64,000 nt of DNA, taken from positions 35,154,001 to 35,218,000 of the forward strand of contig OX597815.1 in the NCBI GenBank assembly GCA_951406725.2, read 5' to 3'. Source of the stretch: Octopus vulgaris. Its lineage: Eukaryota. Made by a program: the position numbers and the translations under genes. Shown here piece after piece: positions 13,378-26,943 of the stretch (position 1 is its first letter; every line of letters starts with the position of its first letter). Below the pieces are notes generated by a model. That model made no database searches and was not told the DNA's origin. It saw only the letters and a list, made by a program, of their open reading frames with translations.

Positions 13378-14120
13378 GATCGAACGCCACGCATCCATTC
13401 CCAAATAAGTTTTATCTTAATAATTCCTATTCGCACTATACAACCTTTTTCTATTCTATCTCCCTCTCTTGTTCTTCCTTTCTGTTTTTCTCTTCTATCC
13501 TTTCTCTAATTTTTCTCCTCTCCTTTTCACCGTTTCCTCTCTCTCCCTCTCTCTTCTTCCTTGACTCTCTCGTTGCTAACACGTGACCAACGGCTATCTA
13601 TCTTTCTGTCTTCCACTTCCTTCCAAAAGACTAGACGTGCTTTTGCCTGTCCATTCTCAAAGCTCGTTTCTCCGGCGTTCACCACTTCACCTGCTTATGG
13701 CTAAACAGCTCTCACCGTTTTTTCTTTTTTTTTACTGTTTTGTTCTCACTGTCCTGTTTTTATCACCACTTTAACCCACTGCAAATCCCAATTTTTAAAA
13801 AAATTTGCTTTGCAGGAACGGTTTCAACGAAGTCGCGTCTTGTCCCAATGTTCCAAACGCGGAGTAGATAAAACAGGGCTCAACTGATGGAGGGAGTGTT
13901 CTTTATCTTGCCTGTTTCGTTTCTCTATTTGTTTCTTTCGTTGTTCGAAAAAAAGTTCGTTTTCCATGTTTTTGTTTTTTTATGTTCTCTTTTCTGATTC
14001 TGTTCACGTTTTTTGACATATATATATATGTAGGTATGTGATGTATGAATGCAAATATGCATATATATATTATATTATTATGTGATCGAACGCCACGCAT
14101 CCATTTCCAAGTTTTATCTC
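13378..14120 (+). mobile_element. Hammerhead-bearing repeat, copy B, with terminal direct repeat
   Basis: GATCGAACGCCACGCATCCATT(C/T)CCAA occurs at 13378 and again at 14084 (period 706 bp). Degenerate permuted hammerhead at 13833-13894. Confidence 0.75.
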
Positions 14121-14125
14121 ACCCC

Positions 14126-14201
<76 letters not shown>

Positions 14202-14343
14202 TCAGTAGTATAGGCGCCAAGGAGTGTTAAGGCATAAGCAAACTTTAGCTTAGTTAAAACATTTTTGTGACATATTTCGACTTCCAATTGTAAATTCACT
14301 GCAGTTACCGAAAAATATATATATACACCTTAAAAATTCTGCT

Positions 14344-14412
14344 GGCATGAAAGGTTTCGCACCCTTCATCAGGTGGCAAAGTAAATATATTTATATATTT
14401 ACCTGTCATGCC
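14344..14412 (-). ncRNA. Type III-like hammerhead motif with disrupted stem I
   Basis: Minus strand GGCATGA-C-AGGT-A|aatatataaatatatttactttgccac-CTGATGA-AGGGTGC-GAAACCT-T-TCATGCC. It has an 11-bp stem III, a GUA triplet and an intact core. Confidence 0.45.
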
Positions 14413-14543
14413 CTCCTGAAATTTCAACCACATTGAATTTTGCTTTATACTCCTGGTATTAGAGTACTGTGTGGTCTGTTAGCCGAGGTTCGCTAGGAGT
14501 ACTTTCTGAGTTACATGATTCTATGAATCTATACATTACACTT

Positions 14544-14642
<99 letters not shown>

Positions 14643-14887
14643 CTATATTAAAAACGTGTTTGTTGTAATTTAATTACGTTTTGTTCGTTTGTTTTTTCGA
14701 GTTCGCGTTATCAGACCTTTATAGTTCGTTTGGAGTAATAATGTTCACATTGGCTTTCTGTGCTTCCCCTTTTATAGTTGGTATTTTAAAACATAGTCGT
14801 GATCAAGATATGATGTCTAAAAGAAAAGCTATTTCCCTATATATACAAATGCATACATTCATATATGTACACATAAATACATATAGA

Positions 14888-14980
<93 letters not shown>

Positions 14981-17129
14981 AAATATATATTTATATGTAT
15001 ATGTATATATATATATATGTATATGTGTATATATATATGTATATGTGTATGTATATATATATATATGTATATGCACATATATATATATGCATATATATAT
15101 ATATGTATATACATATATGTATATATATATATGTATATATATATGTATGTATAATATATATATATATATATATATGTATATATGTGTGTGTGTATATATG
15201 TATATATATATACATATGTATTTCTGTATAATATATAATATATACATATTTATATATAACATTGTGAATGAGAAAGAGGGGAAGGAAGAGAGGCAGATAA
15301 ACACAGAGGAGCAGATAGATAAACAGATAGATATATATAGAGAGAGGGGGTAAAAATAGACAGACATGTAGTCAGAGAGTGTATATAGAGATGTGTGGAT
15401 GGATGGATGGGATGGATGGATTCATGATTGATAGATAAACCAATATGAGGTTCGATTGATGTCCTCCATATTATATGTTCGTAAGAAAACATCTAAATCT
15501 GTGCCAGGAAATTACGCGCTTAGATCAATAATGATATATGAAGTTATTGCCAAAGTTTATATTAGGAAGTCTACGGTTAAAGTTATGTGTGTGCACTACG
15601 ACAAACTGGCTGTTTTATGGACTGACTTTATCATTTGTAGATCAGAAAACTTTCCGTTTGTCAGTGGTTATAGTGAAGTGTCTTCAATGCTGTCTCATTT
15701 TTAGGAAATGATCGACTTCTCTGTAATGGGTCATATTAATGGAGATCACTTATTACTTGATTTTGAAGCCAGACCAATGCATCTTCTAATTCCAGTAATA
15801 TTCATGATAATTCCTATGAAATCTTAATATTGTGAACATTTATCTGTCTTAAAATTGACCAATTTTTGTAATATTCTGAATAGCTTTTAAGAAGATTACA
15901 ATTGTTTGATATCTGTTTTTCTTTTACATATCTTTCTTTATTTTCTTCTATTATTTCCACAGGTTTCTCTGTTTCTTCGATCCGAGCGTTAAATTCTGTT
16001 ATAATTTCTGATTACTATTCTCAAACAGTCAAAAATAATAGATGACATTTTTCAGAAAAAAAGCGCTGCAGACTTTATCAGAATTGTTCAGTTAGTATTC
16101 GCATGTAAGCGGCATTCTGTACGTGATTCAGCCTGTTGTATTGTTTTATTATGAGTAAAGCCATTAAAACATGGCAGTAATATAAATAACTAGGATTTTA
16201 CTTTCGCAAAACATAATCTAATAATAGCTTCAGAGAAAAGGCTAGAGCAAACTATAATCCTTAATCTTCAAAGAGTCTATATCGAGAAAAATCAGTTATG
16301 TTACTCAGATTAGTGCCAATCGAAGGTGATTATTTTTCTTCTTGTACATGTTAGATCGTTTGGGTATTTTTAATAAGGAATCTGTAGGGCTTCCCTTTCA
16401 CTGACGATCCATATCAGCCTTAAGAACATTTTTAGCATAATCTGAGATTTATACGAGTGGCACAGATCCTACAACATTTTATGATATATTTATCGGCAAC
16501 TGCACACCATATAATAAATAACTGGTAAACAACACGAATTAATACGTAATGACCGTGTCCCTTTAAGCAACTAATTAAATTTTCTATAATTTTTATCTAG
16601 TTTTATAGTCCTCCAAACGTACAGCCAAAATAAATTTTTTAATAGTATTCACTTTTAAAAACATTAAAATATTGTCTGTTTAAAGAAAGCTAAAATACAA
16701 ATCCTTATTGTACAAACAACTTAGATTTTTGAAATCATATTCACTTAAAGATATTTTTAAATGATTAAAATATTGTGTTTAACAAAAGCGAAAATAGAAA
16801 TATTTACTGTAAAAAAAAAAAACAAATGGCATTTTTTTCTTTGTCAAGTCACTGTCTAATCGAAAGGTAAGAGTTACTTCCTTTCAGGATTAAATGAATT
16901 TCGGAGACTTTTCCCATTATGCACCGTTTTGGGTATTTATACCCCGAAAACCCTTAATATCTTCACAACAACTAATCTGATTTACGCAAATTTGTTCGTA
17001 TTTGAATTTCAGGAGAAACATAATTCAAAGTATTTTCCCATTATGCGCCAGTTTGGCTGAGTAACATTCCAAGCAAGCAAGCAAGATTCAATGTGACTTT
17101 TAATGTATTATATATATATATATATATAT

Positions 17130-17280
17130 ACGATGGGCTTCTTTCAGTTTCCATCTACCAAATCCACTCACAAGGCTTTGGTCGGCCCGAGGCTATAGTA
17201 GAGCATACTTGTCCAAGGTGCCGCGCAGTGGGATTGAGCACAAAACCATGTAGTCAGAAGCAACCTTCTTATCACACGGT
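17130..17280 (-). mobile_element. SINE family 1, 5' half
   Basis: GGGCTTCTTTCAGTTTCC..CAAATCCACTCACAAGGCTTTGGTCGG..GCAGTGGGA matches the family. Confidence 0.8.
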
Positions 17281-20245
17281 CTTTTTATACATCCAGCTAT
17301 TTATGGTGATGTACTTAAGGTGGTAGACAGCCGCTGAAATAACAATCATTTGACAGAGATAGCAGAAATTGGTGAACGTTGTCCATTTGTCCTTGTGTAA
17401 AATAAGACCAAAGTCTTTGGATGTTGTAAATAATTTATGTTTAAAACATTATATCATTGGTCCTAGACCATAACTGAAAACTAAGTCCTTACAGCCCTGG
17501 TTGCAATATCTGTTAATTCACCTTTAGGCGTTCTTTTCTCTTTAATAACTCACCATGGAATAAACACTGATGATTTATTATTCTTGAATATTAAATCCAA
17601 AATATGAACAAGAAAACATGACTGAGAGATATCAGCAATCTCAACTGGCCAATTTTTAAAATATTCTGACGCTCATTTAACTTAAACTTAATTGACAATG
17701 TTATAAATTTTACCCTAAAGATTGTATCGGGAGTATTTTTATTAATCAACTGTTAATTTTATGGATAGTAAAATATATCAGAACTATGTTTCTAAGGACA
17801 CCCGTAAATTGGAATATTGCTCCCATTCTGATTTTCAAAAAAAGAACAGTGAAATACTAAAAAGACTACCTAACGAAATACAGAAATAACTGGAAATTGA
17901 TCAATGGTAGCTTTGTGATTTAAAGTGCTGAGATAAAATCTCTCTAGATAAGAACGATTGAGTGAATGAATGAGTTTGATAAATACTCTTGATTTTTAAA
18001 ATTGGATATCTGAATCACTGATAAATTTGTTGAGTATTAATTCATTAGTATTATTCTCACGTTGTTGAAGTATAAAGTAATAATCTCACAGGTTTAAATG
18101 ATCGATTGTTGAGTGGGGTCCGTTTGGAACAAGACCAATTTTGTTTAGAAATTTTATGGAGAAATGTCATAGTCGATTGATTTCACACGCAATTTTACTA
18201 TCATATTTTTTTATGAAACCTGGGTGGGGGTAGATAAATGGTTATTCATCTACACCAACATTTGAACATAACCAGTGAAAAATTCAACAAAATGGCGTGA
18301 CTAATAAAATCGTTTATTGCATTTGGCTGTTGTGGCTATAAAATATATTTAAAGTAGAGACAAGGCATGACTGAAAGTTTTAGTTAATATAATATTGAGT
18401 GATGCGTGGTATAAAGAATAATAGTGTACATAAAACGGAAGTGGTTTAACACAAAAACCATTCTACAGCAGACACTAAATTTATTTTAAATATTTGAACA
18501 TACTTTCATATATTCTAAATATGTGAATCTACTTTTCTATATTCCATTTAATAACTCTACGACACGAAATTATCTTATGGAAACTACGGTGTATATTATG
18601 GAATGCATAGAATTACAAGCAAATAAGTAGAATAGCACAGATTATAAAAAAAACTGAAAAAGTGGATATATGATAAACGATGTCTCCAAGAATTTCCAAT
18701 ATTTAAAGTATTTCTTTTAGTAATAATCTTTTATAGACCCATTTCGTACATTTTCGTTAGCAAAATTGTTAAGCATAAAATTTTGAAACTGGTAAATATC
18801 TGGTATAGACTTTTCTCTTAAAATTTGGTCTTTACAGCATTTGTTAAGGATATATCGATGTTTATGTTTTATTTCTGTATTTTGGATGTTGGTGTGATTA
18901 GCAATCCATACAGACGGTGTGCAACTGATACTATAATACAAGCACAGAAAGAAGAAAGAAAAAAGAAAAGAAAGAATTTCAAGTAGTTTTAATTAATTTT
19001 ACCCAATTAGATATGGGAACGAAACAATTGTGAACACTCAATTTCCCCGGAGAGCATGTGTTTCGAGTGGAGTTAGATAATGTCTGTTGTTCAGACGCCA
19101 GGTGGTTTACAACTTCCACGATGTATCGAACATGTCTTGCTGATTTGAAATTCGATTAACGGTGGTAAAGGAAACAATAACAAGCTATACGCTGTTTTTG
19201 TTTGATAGAAAAGATAGCATATGGTTTGCTTCAGCTCGGTATAAAAATAATAATATATTGTAGCACTGACTTTGGATTGCTATTTTGTTATTGATCGTCG
19301 TTCTTAATGTTGTTGGTTTTTGTTATTTAAAAAAAAGTTCAAGTGTTGTTTTAAATATTGTTTCTAAGTATTTTGCTTATGAGTTGGATTACTTTGCTAT
19401 TTGCGAATGTCTAATTAAAACGTTATTATCAAAAAGTATTCCAAGAATTCTTTCAGCTCCCCGACTCTCCGAGACACTCTCTTCTCGTTCTCAATTCGAT
19501 GTGAGGGGGAAAATATGAAGATATTTATGTATGTAGTTGTCTAAATCGCAAGCTACGACACAAACTTACAATGTTTTCTATATATATATATATATAAAAA
19601 AGACTTACTATGTTATTCATAAAAAAGAGAGTCAAAAACAACTCACCGTCTATACGAAATCAGAACACGAAAGAAAAATAACAACAAATATATTTCATTT
19701 CATTAGATATATATTTCTTTGTTTGCAACTAGAAAACGTAGTTTTATCGAAACAATCACTGTTTCAACTTAATCAGGCTTCTCAGTGAAGCCGTAGAAAA
19801 TTATGAACTTGATTTACCTTTAATCTCTAGAGATTAGATTGGGATAAAAATAAGTAACAATCATATACACAGCTGTCGATTCGATCAACAATAATACTTT
19901 CTTATAAACCTAGGGTTTTGCGAAAATGTGAGAAATGATTATCATATTGTCGTCGTCGTTGTTTTTTTGCTGCTGTTGTGCTTGTTAGTGGTGGTGATGG
20001 TGGTGATGGTGGTGGTGATGGTGGTGGTGGTGGTTGGGGGGGGGCTGTTGTTGAATTAACTCACAAACCTTGTTATTTTTGTTTAGAGTTCCATCCTCAG
20101 CCTGGCATTTAATCTTTAAATAGGTTCCATATGTGAAATTTCTATGTCGCACCGGCTGTAGTACAGTTGAAACTATTTGGAAATGTTCTGGGTCGCAGTG
20201 GCTCAGCAAGTGTTTTAACACCAAATACATCTATAAATAATAATG

Positions 20246-20317
<72 letters not shown>

Positions 20318-20922
20318 GAGACAAGACAATGTGGTCATATATGTCCACTGGCTGTTCGTGAGAGCCGAACAATGGTATGAACACAAGCCAGAGGGAGTAA
20401 TGGAAAATGAACTTATTATGAAAGCCTCTCGGATAATTCTTAATTACTGGTTATTCTTTACTTGAAATAATCTAGGATTTTACAAAATAATCTAGGATTT
20501 TAGTCATAGAGGCGAGACGACCAGATATCGTAATCATCCATAAAGACGAAAAAGAAGTAAAGACAATATATGTTGCGATATCAGGCGATTCAAGGGTGAA
20601 ATATAAGGAAACAGAAAAGATTGAGAAATACCAGCCACTGCGAGACGAGATAGAAAAGTTATGGGGCATGAGGAAATTAATGGTGATACCGGTGGTAACT
20701 GGAGCATTAGGAGCAGTTTCTAAGAGCTTTGAGAAACATATTAAGAATATTGGAGTTGCTGTCAGGCTCGAAATGATCCAGAAGACAGCATTCTAAGGAG
20801 ACTGTTGTCTCTTTGAGTCACAGGAGAAGGCACTACTTGAAACCTTGGGTGATTTGTTATTGTCTGCTTTCAAGTAAAGAATAACCAGTAATTAAGAATT
20901 ATCCGAGAGGCTTTCATAATAA
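20318..20922 (+). pseudogene. Decayed R4/Dong-like LINE 3' end (restriction-like endonuclease) between (AAT)n tracts
   Basis: Fragments WYEHKPEGVMEN, EARRPDIVI and EKIEKYQPLRDEIEKLWGM..VIPVVTGALG parallel ORF 58194-59252. (AAT)n lies on both sides. Confidence 0.8.
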
Positions 20923-20934
20923 TAATAATAATAA

Positions 20935-21135
20935 TCTTTTTTACTATAGGCACAAGGCCGAAAATTTGGCGGGAGAGGATTAGTCGAATTCATCGACCCC
21001 AGTGTTTCAATGGTATTTAATTTATCGACCTCCCCCCACCCCAAAGGATGAAAGACAAAGTCGACCTCGGCGGAATTTCAACCCAGGGCGTAGCGACGGA
21101 CAAAATGACACAGCATTTCGCCAGGCGTGCTAAAG
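20935..21135 (-). mobile_element. SINE family 2-related copy
   Basis: AAAGTCGACCTCGGCGGAATTT and CATTTCGCCAGGCGTGCTAA match the reverse complement of the family 2 head. Confidence 0.75.
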
Positions 21136-21350
21136 ATATTAATTGCAAGAAGTACGGTACTTTAAACTTGTTACACAAAAAGTTCGAAAAGATACACGTG
21201 CAAAAACATTTAACACCAGAAATGAACGGACCGGTATACTACGAAAATGATGACCATCAAAATAAAAGGCCGGACGTTATTCCTCGTGTCCCACAAATAA
21301 AATCAAAAAAGCAAAAATGGACACGTGAGGAATATATTTCAATCCTACAC

Positions 21351-21712
21351 GAAGAAGAAGAAGAAGAAGAAGAAGAAGAAGAAGAAGAAGAAGAAGAAGA
21401 AGAAGAAGAAGAAGAAGAAGAAGAAGAAGAAGAAGAAGAAGAAGAAGAAGAAGAAGAAAGGAGGAGGAGGAGGAGAATACGAAAAGAGATGAATAGGCGG
21501 AGAAAGAGGACAGAATGATGATGATGATGATGATGATGATGATGGTGGTGGTGATGATGAGGATGATGATAATGATGGTGGTGGTGATGGTGATGATGAT
21601 GATGATGACGACGATAGTGGTGGTGGTGGTGATGATGATGAGGAGGAGGAGGAGGAGGATGGTGGAGGAGGAGGAGGTGGACGACGACGACAACGACGAA
21701 GACGACGTCGTA
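21351..21712. repeat. Compound trinucleotide microsatellite (GAA/GAG/GAT/GGT/GAC)
   Basis: Direct inspection. Confidence 0.95.
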
Positions 21713-23333
21713 GAGTTGTAAGTTACATGGAAGTTTATAGTGATATATTGTATTTGTTAAAAGGGTTGTATTATAAAGAATCCAGAGAATAAAATTACTA
21801 TGAATAGATTTATTTCACAGGGTTTATGGCCTGAAATGATTTTGACCTCTACCCGCAAACATAGTTATAGCTAGCTACCGTTGACCCATTCACCTTCCAT
21901 CCGCGAGTTTATGAATTGGTAGAAGTAGGTCACTGTAACAGTTTGAAAGGCAACGTGTTAAGTCAACCTTTTCACTCTTCTCGCGCCGTGCCAGCGAACA
22001 TTCTCGAAAACACACATACACAACGCTTGTACTGACAGACCTTTGAAATTAAGCTGCTATGCTCCGCAGTGTGTGCTTGTGTGTGTACGTGTACGTGTGC
22101 GCGCGCGTACGTATGTGTGTATGTGTGCGTGTATCTGTGTGTTCGTGTGTGTCTTTGTATGGGTGCTTACATGAATCTGTGTCTGTATATCCTGAGGTCA
22201 ATAAATGATATTTGAGAGGTGTGCGCATCTCTCCCTCCTGATACATACATATTTCTATACGTGTGTGTATCTCTGTATGTGTGTTTCTGTGTGTATGTGT
22301 TTGTGTGTATGTATTTGTGTGTATGTGAGTATGTGTGTGTGAGGGGAGCAGCTATTCCTTTAATATATTCCAACCGGAATACAAGAATATAACATTTTTT
22401 AATTCGTTTATTTGTTTCACTCACTGGACTACAACCATACTGGGTACTTCCTTGAAGAGTTGAATAATAATAAAAAAGTAGATTCCATTATCGTATTTGC
22501 CGGACCTGTTCAATTTGGCGCACAGACTTTGTAATTAATTTTTTTTTTTTTAACTAAACAGTTGGTAACTTCGTATACTGATGGAATTTCTCACGCAGAA
22601 CACGGTTTACTTTGAATTTTTTTGACAAAATTTCGCATTTTAGAAGTTATTTGGTCTTAAAGTTGTTGTATTCCGGTAATTTCAACCAATCATCGACGTG
22701 TATTCAGCTGAAGAAAGCTACTGCTGTTTGCGATAATAATCGAAAAGGAACAACATCTCTATTCTGTTCTGTTTGTATAACGAACGAAGACGATGCCACC
22801 TTTATCCTTTCTTCCTTTCAAGTCAGCACTGTGCATTCCTTACTCTTTCCCTCCCTACCGGAAGACAGCCACTATCAACTAGTAACCAGCGAGCGAACTT
22901 ATCACTGCCACTACAATTACTGTATTTTCTGGTGTATAAACCGCTATTTTTTACCTGGAAAATTTAGTGTGCGGCTTATAGAAAGGTGCGCTTAAGAATG
23001 AGGAAAATAATTTGTGCATGGATTCCACTGATTTTTTCAGAGGAAAGGTCGGCTGGTGAACAAGGTGAATGACTACGGGTACAGTACATTGGTGTCTGGA
23101 AGAAAACAAAGCATAGATCTTTTCGGTTTGAACGGTAGTTTTTTCTAGCGGTGTCATATGAAATTGTCACCCATAATTATGACCCTAGTATCGATCTATT
23201 GCATTTCAATCTATTTTAGGGTTAGGGTTAGGGGTGGGGGAAGGGTATATTTTTTTCTTCAGAAATGTAAATAAACTCAATCTGTTTCTTAAACGAGAGA
23301 CACACAAATACACACAAATACGCACGCACACAA

Positions 23334-23385
<52 letters not shown>

Positions 23386-23631
23386 TCACTCACACACACA
23401 TATACTCACACACACCTACGCACTCATATATACACACGTGGGGGAACACACGTGTCTCTGTTCTGAGACGAAATTTCCAGTTTCATCCAATATAGAAATT
23501 TAAGGAAACCTTACGCGTCAGGAAAATGATCGTTGATAACGGATGGTCGAAAACCTTACTAAACCGAGTTAGGGAATGACAGCAGAGCATATATTAGAAG
23601 CAAAAACTGTCCTACTTCTAGAATGTATAAA

Positions 23632-23971
23632 GAGTAAACCCCTTTCGGTCATGAATGAGCATAGGATTGCACCTAGAAAGTTAACCTCCGAGGCACAAGT
23701 CAGGCAAGGTTGTTCATGGAAGGCCAGCAGTTGTCCATGCATACCAGCCTTCCCCCTCCACGCCTCTGACGTTATCCAAGGGAAAGGCAAAGTCCGATAT
23801 AGCTTCGCACCAGTGACTTCGCAAATCATTTCTACATCTGAATGAACTGGGTCAAGGTGAAATAAAGTGTCTTGCTCAAGAACGCAACACGCAGCCTTGT
23901 CCAAGAATCGAACTCATTGCCTCATGATTGCGAGCCCGATTCTCTAACCACTGAGCCATGTGCCTTCACAT
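23632..23971 (-). mobile_element. tRNA-derived SINE, family 4, with 13-bp TSD
   Basis: Minus strand TGGCTCAGTGGTTAG (A box) and GAGTTCGATTC (B box). TAGAATGTATAAA is duplicated at 23619-23631 and 23972-23984. Confidence 0.85.
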
Positions 23972-24559
23972 TAGAATGTATAAAAGCATCATAAAATAAC
24001 TCATCATTAAATAACGTGTGGGTGCGTGTGTGTGCATGTGTGTGTGTGTATGTGTGTGTGTGTGTGTGTGTGTGCGTGTGCGTGTGTGTGTGTGTGCGTG
24101 TGTGTCTGAATGCCTGCGTGTCTATAGATATAGGTTTATACTGCTTACAGGACTCCACCAAAAGCATTTCGTCTCATTCAAATCAATTTATATCAGGAAA
24201 TAACTGGAGCAAGCCTAAGACCCAATTAAGTTCACGCGCTCGAAAGCAACCCTCTTCGAATTTGACTAAATATGCACAACATTCCTGCTACTATGATATT
24301 GAAACACAGAACTACTCCTTAGATTAAAAAGACCAAGAAAACTATGAGCGGCACCTTAGAGATTTAATAGGGAGCAGTGAACCCGTAAGTAAAATCATGC
24401 TTCTAGATTCGCCCGGCGTGCTAACGTTTCTGCCAGCTCGCAGAAAAACTGAAGGACCGCTGCAATAAATGTGTGAATCTGAGAGGGGAATATGCTGAAT
24501 AAAATTGTAATTCACTGAGCCTCTTGTATTTGCTTTTACTCAGTCTTTTCAGCACCCTC

Positions 24560-24618
<59 letters not shown>

Positions 24619-24715
24619 TGTGTGTATGTAGACATACATACATACATACATACGTACATACATACGTACATACATACATGCATACGAATATACATACAGA
24701 ATACATACATACATA

Positions 24716-25143
24716 GGCGCAGGAGTGGCTGTGTGGTAAGTAGCTTGCTTACCAACCACACAGTTCCGGGTTCAGTCCCACTGCGTGGCACCTTGGGCAA
24801 GTGTCTTCTACTATAGCCTCGGGCCGACCAAAGCCTTGTGAGTAGATTTGGTAGACGGAAACTGGAAGAAGCCCGTCGTATATATATATATATATGTATA
24901 TATATGTGTGTGTGTGTTTGTGTGTCTGTGTTTGTGTGTCTGTGTTTGTCTCCCCAACATCGCTTGACAACCGATGCTGGTGTGTTTACGTCCCCGTTAC
25001 TTAGCGGTTCGGCAAAAGAGACCGATAGGATAAGTACTAGGCTTACAAAGAATAAGTCCTGGGGTCGATTTGCTCGACTAAAAAGGCGGTGCCCTAGCAT
25101 GGCCACAGTCAAATGACTGAAACAAGTAAAAGAGTAAAAGAGA
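24716..25143 (+). mobile_element. SINE family 1, full length
   Basis: Intact head, body and tail, inserted in (TACA)n. Confidence 0.9.
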
Positions 25144-25429
25144 ATACATACATACATACATACATACATACATACATACATACATACATACATACATACA
25201 TACATACATGCATACGAATATACATACAGAATACATACATAATACAGGATTCTTTATTTGAGGTTCGTGAATGAATATAGACACACAATCAAATATGTAA
25301 ATTGATTACATATAAACGTGCGCCCATTAGCAGTAATGAAGCATACATCTGTGTTCTATAAACACGTGTGCACCCACAAGTGCAAGCTTACCTTCACGAA
25401 CATCCATACATACACATCAGGCCAATCCA

Positions 25430-26013
25430 GGTGGCGAGCTGGCAGAAACGTTAGCACGCCGGGCGAAATGCTTAGCGGTATTTCGTCTGCGTTACGTTGT
25501 GAGTTCAAATTCCGCCGAGGTCGACTTTGCCTTTCATCCTTTCGGGGTCGATAAATTAAGTACCAGTTACGCACTGAGGTCGATGTAATCGACTTAATAC
25601 CTATGTCTGTCCTTGTTTGTCCTCTCTGTGTTTAGCCCCTTGTGGGTAATAAAGAAATAGGTATTTCGTCTGCGTTACGTTGTGAGTTCAAATTCCGCCG
25701 AGGTCGACTTTGCCTTTCATCCTTTCGGGGTCGATAAATTAAGTACCAGTTACGCACTGAAGTCGATGTAATCGACTTAATACCTATGTCTGTCCTTGTT
25801 TGTCCCCTCTGTGTTTAGCCCCTTGTGGGTAATAAAGAAATAGGTATTTCGTCTGCGTTACGTTGTGAGTTCAAATTCCGCCTTTCATCCTTTCGGGGTC
25901 GATAAATTAAGTACCAGTTACGCATTGGGTCGATGTAATCGACTTAATACCTATGTCTGTCCTTGTTTGTCCTCTCTGTGTTTAGCCCCTTGTGGGTAAT
26001 AAAGAAATAGGTA
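25430..26013 (+). mobile_element. SINE family 2 with triplicated 183-bp body
   Basis: One head, then units starting GGTATTTCGTCTGCG at 25477, 25660 and 25843. Confidence 0.9.
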
Positions 26014-26943
26014 ACTACAAACCCCAAGAGCTCTTTTGACTTAAACAAAAGAACATTGCCGCCATTTTCGTTGTGACCGCTTTAAATTTTGCAGAGGATA
26101 AAACCTGAAATAAATCCCTAAGAAACATAGATAACTACACGCATTTCAGTCTTCACGTTGTTTTATTCATTTGTTGTATTTATTTTATATTTTCTTTTAG
26201 TCTATATTTAGCACAGGGTAAGGAGACGATCATCCTTGATAGCGAGGGATAACGACGATGATGTAGCGCGACAAAAGGCAAGCAGCGAGAAATGTTAACA
26301 AAAAAGTTTTTTGTGAAAAAGAAATGAAAAAAAAAACAAGAAAGCCAATGAAAGACCAAAACAATGATTTTCCAGCGAGGTTAAAAGTTCAGAAGACGCT
26401 CGCTGCTGGCTCTAAGCGGTGGTAGTTATTTCTATTATAAATACCACGTACACAGCTCAACTTCTTGACATCCAACTCAGATATTCAGCCTTTCAACCAT
26501 ACATACGTTATTATCACGTATCCAGCCACACCACACAGAGAGTTGTGTGTGTGTATGTGTGTCTGTGTGCGTGTGCGTAGTGTGTGTGGGAGGTTGATTG
26601 TGTGTGTGTCTGCGTGTTTCTGTATGTGTGTTTGTGTCTTTATTTTTTATGAATATATACGTATATGTGTGAGTATACGCAGGTGTGTATACATACATAT
26701 ATGTATTCTATGTGTATGTATGTATGGACGTTTGTATGCACGGATTTCCTTTTATAATTACCTGACAAAAACCAGTATTTAGAAATCCATGTACATTCTT
26801 ATATATCCCATAAGGAATCTGCGAGAACTTTCCTGCCTGGTATTACTTTTTATCTATGGATGCATGTGTGTATGTATGATGTATGTATATGTGCTTATAT
26901 GTGTACGTAAACAAACACACTTACATATGCATACATATATATA

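Noticed and set aside
15480-16500. Non-repetitive block that might be an old LINE or exon (similarly 8000-8560 and 59690-60600)
   Set aside because: No recognisable motif or sustained reading frame could be found by eye.
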